A stretch of DNA of 64,000 nt from Penicillus capitatus. Lineage: Eukaryota; Plantae; Chlorophyta. Positions 59,580 through 64,000 of the stretch are shown piece after piece. Numbering within the stretch: position 1 is the stretch's first letter; each line of letters starts with the position of its first letter. The notes beneath the pieces are model-generated. The model was given only the letters and a program-made list of their open reading frames with translations. It was not told the origin of the DNA and searched no databases. The stretch lies in contig OZ287701.1 in assembly GCA_965649825.1 (NCBI GenBank), positions 299,101 to 363,100 of the forward strand. The letters run 5' to 3'. The position numbers and the translations under genes were made by a program.

Positions 59580-61824
59580 ATGAGCACCCGCAGCGCTTCG
59601 TTGTTGCTGAGGCTGTTCTTGCTCCTCGCCGTCGCAACAAACGTCGGCCGGAAGCTCGACCCCATGGAGAAGCTGGAGGCGTTCATAAGACGACAGGAAA
59701 AGGAGGTGGAGCGCATCGCCGAGGCCGCGACCGAGTGGCACACCGACCGCATTCGCGCCGTTCGAGACTGCGAGTGTTCCAAGCATGCATGCTCGAACGA
59801 TTTCGTCGATTCGGAATGCGTCCACCATCTCGGCGAGATCGACTTCTGCAAGTCAGAAGGTCGGCGCATGGACTACAACGCCTCCATCTTCCGAACGCCG
59901 CCGGGGACGAGCCCGACGATACTCAGCGACGGCCTCAAGGAGAGCATCTGCGTCTACAAGAGGCTGGAGGACATCTCGATTGAGTATGGCCGAGACGAGC
60001 CCGGCTGGTTGTACATAGGTGAGAAGCAGTAGCAGCTCTGCTCTCTTCACGGATGCGCATTGCAGGAACGCGCGACGGACACTTCCGCAGGATACCGGGC
60101 TCGGCCGATCTGGGGGCGAAGAGGACGGAGACGAACGATGGGGATTCTGTGAGGAGTACGATCCCAGGAGGCGTCCTTGGTTCATCGGAGCGAGCACCGG
60201 TCCGAAGGACATCGTGCTGATCGTGGACAAGTCCGGATCGATGACCGACTTCGTCGGCTTCAGCAATACGACGAAGTGGGACCTGGTCGTGGATGCCGTG
60301 ACCGACGTGATCGACACCTTCACGTTCTCGGACTACGTTAGCCTCGCGACCTTCTCGGACGAGGCGGACACTGTGCTGCAGAGATCCGGTCTAGTGAAGG
60401 GACAGGCTGAGAACCTCGAGCTGCTGAAAGAGGCGCTGCGCAAAGAGAAACCGAAAGGCAAGACGAACTTCACGGCGGCGTTCAGAGTGGCGTTCCCTCT
60501 GCTGTGGGAAAGATGCGGCGAAGAACCGGCGGAGTGCTCCAACTGCGAAAAGATCATTCTCTTCCTGACGGATGGGCGGGATCTGTCGGGAGAGGACGGC
60601 GAGAGCATCTCGTCATCCGACATGCTCGCCACCGTCCAAGGGCTTCAGGAGAGACTGCAGGAAGAGACTGGAAAGAGAGCGGCCATCTTCACGTACTCTC
60701 TCTCCAACGAAGCGGACGACGCCATTCCGAGACAGATCGCGTGCGCGAACGACGGAGCCTGGTCGTTCATAGGACCCTACACGAACACGCTGGATGCGCT
60801 GAACTCGTACTATCTTTACGCAGCTGCGGAGAGGCGGGTCGAATCCCCGATCTGGATTGAGCCATACGAAGACGCCAGCGGTCTGGGCACTGTGGCAACG
60901 GTGGCGGCGCCATTCTACGCCCGGGGAACGAAGGATGTGCCAGACGTGTTTCTGGGCGTCGTGGGACACGACGTGCCGCTGTGGGAGCTCGAATTCGATG
61001 AGCTGACTCGGCTGGAGGTCTTCGCCGCCATATTCGATCGCTCCTCGCGCTGCACGATCGCGGACACCACGCCCTGCGAGCTGCAGGTCTATCGGAATGC
61101 CCACGACAAGAAGGCGCTGTGTCCGGACACCTATCCAGTTGTCTCCAAGGGGCAAGCGAACTCGGACGCCAAAGAATCCGACATCCAGTGCTACGCGTTT
61201 GGAGACCGATACTACAGGCGGTCGCCGGAGAAGGTCAAGTGGTCGGAGGCGGTCTCGAGGTGCGAGGACGCCGGCGGCCAGCTGGCGAGTGTCGAGAGCG
61301 AAGAGGAGATTGCGTTTCTGGCAAACCTGGCTTCGCACGATGGGACGTGGATCGGTGCCGAGAGAACCAAGACCGGCAGCTTTGCCTGGCTCAACGCGTC
61401 GCTGCCAAAGCTGCAGGAAGATTCGGAGTACTGGGGTGTGCAGGAGCCCATCTCTGTCCACGGCACGGAGAACTGCGCCGCCATCGACACACGAGGCGTC
61501 ACCGCCAATCTGAAAGCAATACCGTGCAACAGACGCGTCACTTACGTTTGCAAGTTCGAAACGGATGCTCCCTGTTTGGCCGGCGTCGCCGACATTCCGA
61601 GGGATGGGTTTTTCAAAGTGCCGCCCTTGGACCGATGCGTGGACGAGATCGAGGCCCTCGACGAAACCCGACCGGCAAAGGATGTCAAGAAGCTCAGCGT
61701 GGAGGACGTCATGTGCGACCTCGGAAAAGAGAGAACGAACAAAGAGCTCATCTGTTGCACCGTCGACGAGGACGATGTTTGCCAGGCGGGAAAGGGATCC
61801 TCGTCTAAGAAGGACTGTCGATAG
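59580..61824 (+). CDS. VWA/Cache/C-type-lectin alpha2delta-like protein, paralog B, with an apparent 1-nt deletion near 60112-60116 (pseudogene or assembly error)
   Basis: Signal peptide MSTRSASLLLRLFLLLAVA, intron 60019-60065, DKSGS MIDAS and full CTLD. Exon 2 starts one frame off the main ORF. Adding one G to the G5 run restores the same 16-aa PG-to-C spacing seen in both other paralogs. Confidence 0.8.
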
Positions 61825-63309
61825 ACGGCAAGCGAACGGACAGAAGCACAGTCGTCGCTGTCCGAAGCGGAAGTTGAGCAAAGCTCAGATACCTTGCATC
61901 TCCTTTGTTTCCCGTTCGTGATGGAGGGTTCGCGTGTTCGATTCTGTGCTTTACTTCACAGAGCTAGTATGTTTGTTTGTTGTTCCGTTTGAATTGTTTA
62001 TTCCCCTCTCGTGCACATACATTGGTTGCTTTGTTCAGCCATATGTCGAACTGGGTGTTGTTTTACGTAATTCCAGACCATCCGAAAACTGCTCAATCTC
62101 GTCTTCATAACGACGTTATGACAGAAAGTGCGGAGAGGTTTTCGATCTCTCAGCCACGGACGACAGAATACCTCGGGTGAAATGGATGAAACATAACGAC
62201 TTCCTGTTCTTCTAGAAACGTCGTGTGTTCAGAACTCGACACGCACTCTTTACGCACGCGATAGAGTGCGGCGCTGACAAGAGTGGTTCTGCTTGCCACC
62301 ACATAGTAAACCGCAGCGGTGTAATGACCCTTAGGCACTATTTGTTCTCAGCCTTCGTCAGCGGTGAGGCCGTCCGTGATCGTCTTTCTGTCCTTACTTT
62401 ATTTTTTGCTCCTGTGCCATTGAGATACGATCCTTGTTTGACAGACCAAAATGAGAACGAGCACAACGACACGCCGGAGTTGTTAGCGAATTAGTCAATA
62501 GAAAGGACCGACCGACCGACACGAACAGGAGGTTTGTTTCGTCGAACTGCGCATCCGGAAAAGACCGCATCGACGAGATACGGAACCGATGTACAACCGA
62601 GACGTTTTCAGATACGATCAGCTAACGCTCTATTCACGTTTGACGGACTCCAGCAATGTGTCAGATTTGTCAGGTCCTGTGTTGTCAACAACGATGGATG
62701 TGACCAGAGCCCTCGCAGATACGGTCAGTTGCAAGGTTGTTCTGTCAGTCGGGCATTCGTATCGTCGTTTGCCATTGGTTAAACTGTTTAAACTAGTGCT
62801 TTGAGCTTCACAACATCAAGGTTCGGGCCAACACTTGAGTAACCGGTATGTCCTCCTAGATTCGACCATTCCATAAAAGCGATTCTAGGAAATAAGTAGA
62901 CTTAGTGAAACTTAGACATCATCAGTATGAAGGTATCATAACGAACAATGTTGTTGAACGGTGACTGGCAGTGGTGCCCGGACTGAAGAGGATGTTGCCC
63001 ATGTATCGACGAATGAAGAAGTGGTGCCCAACGAAGAGCACTGTGTCTTCTTCAACTTCGAAACGGTCGGAAAATGAAATAACAGAAAGCAGAGCCCACG
63101 TTTTACTCATCGCTGTCAATTGGATTGTAATGGCTTTAAGCAACTTTAAATAAGGTACTGCAGATAGAACTAAAAGTACCGAAGATTTATGAGATCTCAA
63201 AACCCCTACACGAAAGAAAGAAAGAACCTTCAGGAGACGGGAGACGGCGAAAAGGACTCTGCCATCATGGGACTTTATGTCCTTACTCTTAAAGTCATTC
63301 ATTATATCG

Positions 63310-64000
63310 TTATCTGCTGAAGGATCGCAAACAAGGAAACCTGCTAAACAGGATCTGTTCGTCGCCTTCCTCTAGCTTCAGATTCGTGATCCGCAGGTAT
63401 CTGAGTCGAGGGAATGTGCCTTCGCCGAAGAGACGGAGGACATCGAATTCCACCACATGTCCGCAGAAAAGTCTGAGTCCCTGAAGCTGCGACAGCATAG
63501 TGAACTGCTTTCGGAAACTGTCCTCGTGTCTAACTTTAGATCTACTCCATAAAACGAGACTCGTCAAATCAGTCAACGAGGCCAGGGACTGAAAGAACTC
63601 TGCATCCAGATCATCTTGTGTATCAAGAGTCAGTCTTCGGAGACTCTTCAATTGGGATAGCACGTAATTCGGCAGACTCGGCAAGCGTTCATCGTTCCAC
63701 AGCAACTCTGTTAAGCGCGTCAACTGTGTGAGTGCATTGCCCAGATCCTCTGATATTGGTGGCGATTTTTGCAGAGAGAAATGCGACAGTTTGTCGAGGG
63801 GGACAACGCTTCCTTGGATCGATACTCCTTCGAGCGCCAGAGACGTCAACTGTGTCAACTGTGAGACACAGACTGAAACGTGCCTGGGCCTTCCACATGC
63901 AGCGATCAGCAGGCTGAGCGACTGTAGATTGGTCAGAGAACAGAAGACGTCGCCGACAGTATGTTTCGGGTAAGAACTCATCCTCAGACTGAGACTTCTC
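63310..64000 (-). CDS. 3' part of a second F-box/LRR gene copy (5' end beyond the window)
   Basis: Near-identical to 36826-37540 (MSSYPKHTVGDVF...FPRLRYL). Confidence 0.8.
   Translation of the reverse strand, partial: RSLSLRMSSYPKHTVGDVFCSLTNLQSLSLLIAACGRPRHVSVCVSQLTQLTSLALEGVSIQGSVVPLDKLSHFSLQKSPPISEDLGNALTQLTRLTELLWNDERLPSLPNYVLSQLKSLRRLTLDTQDDLDAEFFQSLASLTDLTSLVLWSRSKVRHEDSFRKQFTMLSQLQGLRLFCGHVVEFDVLRLFGEGTFPRLRYLRITNLKLEEGDEQILFSRFPCLRSFSR

Larger units (their letters stand above)
48730..64000. repeat. Segmental duplication, copy B (runs off the window end)
   Basis: Collinear with about 22480-37540. Lacks the LTR element and retains both full-length VWA/CTLD paralogs. Confidence 0.9.

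Noticed and set aside
60613-61881. Long antisense ORFs over VWA genes (also 34712-35422 and 56940-57938)
   Set aside because: These are shadows of GC3-rich sense codons and have no recognisable motifs.
1-64000. Alternative genetic code (TAA/TAG = Gln)
   Set aside because: Several genes end at TAA or TAG at homologous positions, and long exons contain no in-frame TAA/TAG.

Overview
Eukaryotic nuclear DNA in the standard genetic code, gene-dense, with very short GT-AG introns (35-61 nt where I could fix both ends). Gene content looks algal or protist-like, but the taxon cannot be proven from the sequence. The window is a duplication-driven cluster of cell-surface genes. It holds four large genes for signal peptide + Pmp-like beta-helix + Cys-rich + multipass membrane proteins (3069-8262, 14923-22449, 23343-28540, 49780-54997). 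It also holds four copies of a secreted alpha2delta-like VWA/Cache protein carrying a C-type lectin domain: two intact, one with a 1-nt frameshift, and one in-frame deletion chimera of two paralogs. About 15 kb (22.5-37.5 kb) is repeated about 26 kb downstream (48.7-64 kb). The first copy carries a very young intact Ty3/gypsy LTR retrotransposon (identical 159-bp LTRs, CGTGG target duplication, candidate -1 gag-pol frameshift signal). Other genes: a BAHD acyltransferase and a 3' fragment of it, two F-box/LRR copies, an MLKL-NTD-like/U-box protein with unusual C-terminal domains, a frameshifted retropepsin-like gene and an orphan membrane protein. The best candidate for an undescribed system is the repeated pairing of the VWA-Cache-lectin gene with the beta-helix multipass receptor gene, together with visible diversification by higher-order coding repeats, gene conversion and chimera formation. 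All domain calls come from motif recognition by eye; no database searches were run.
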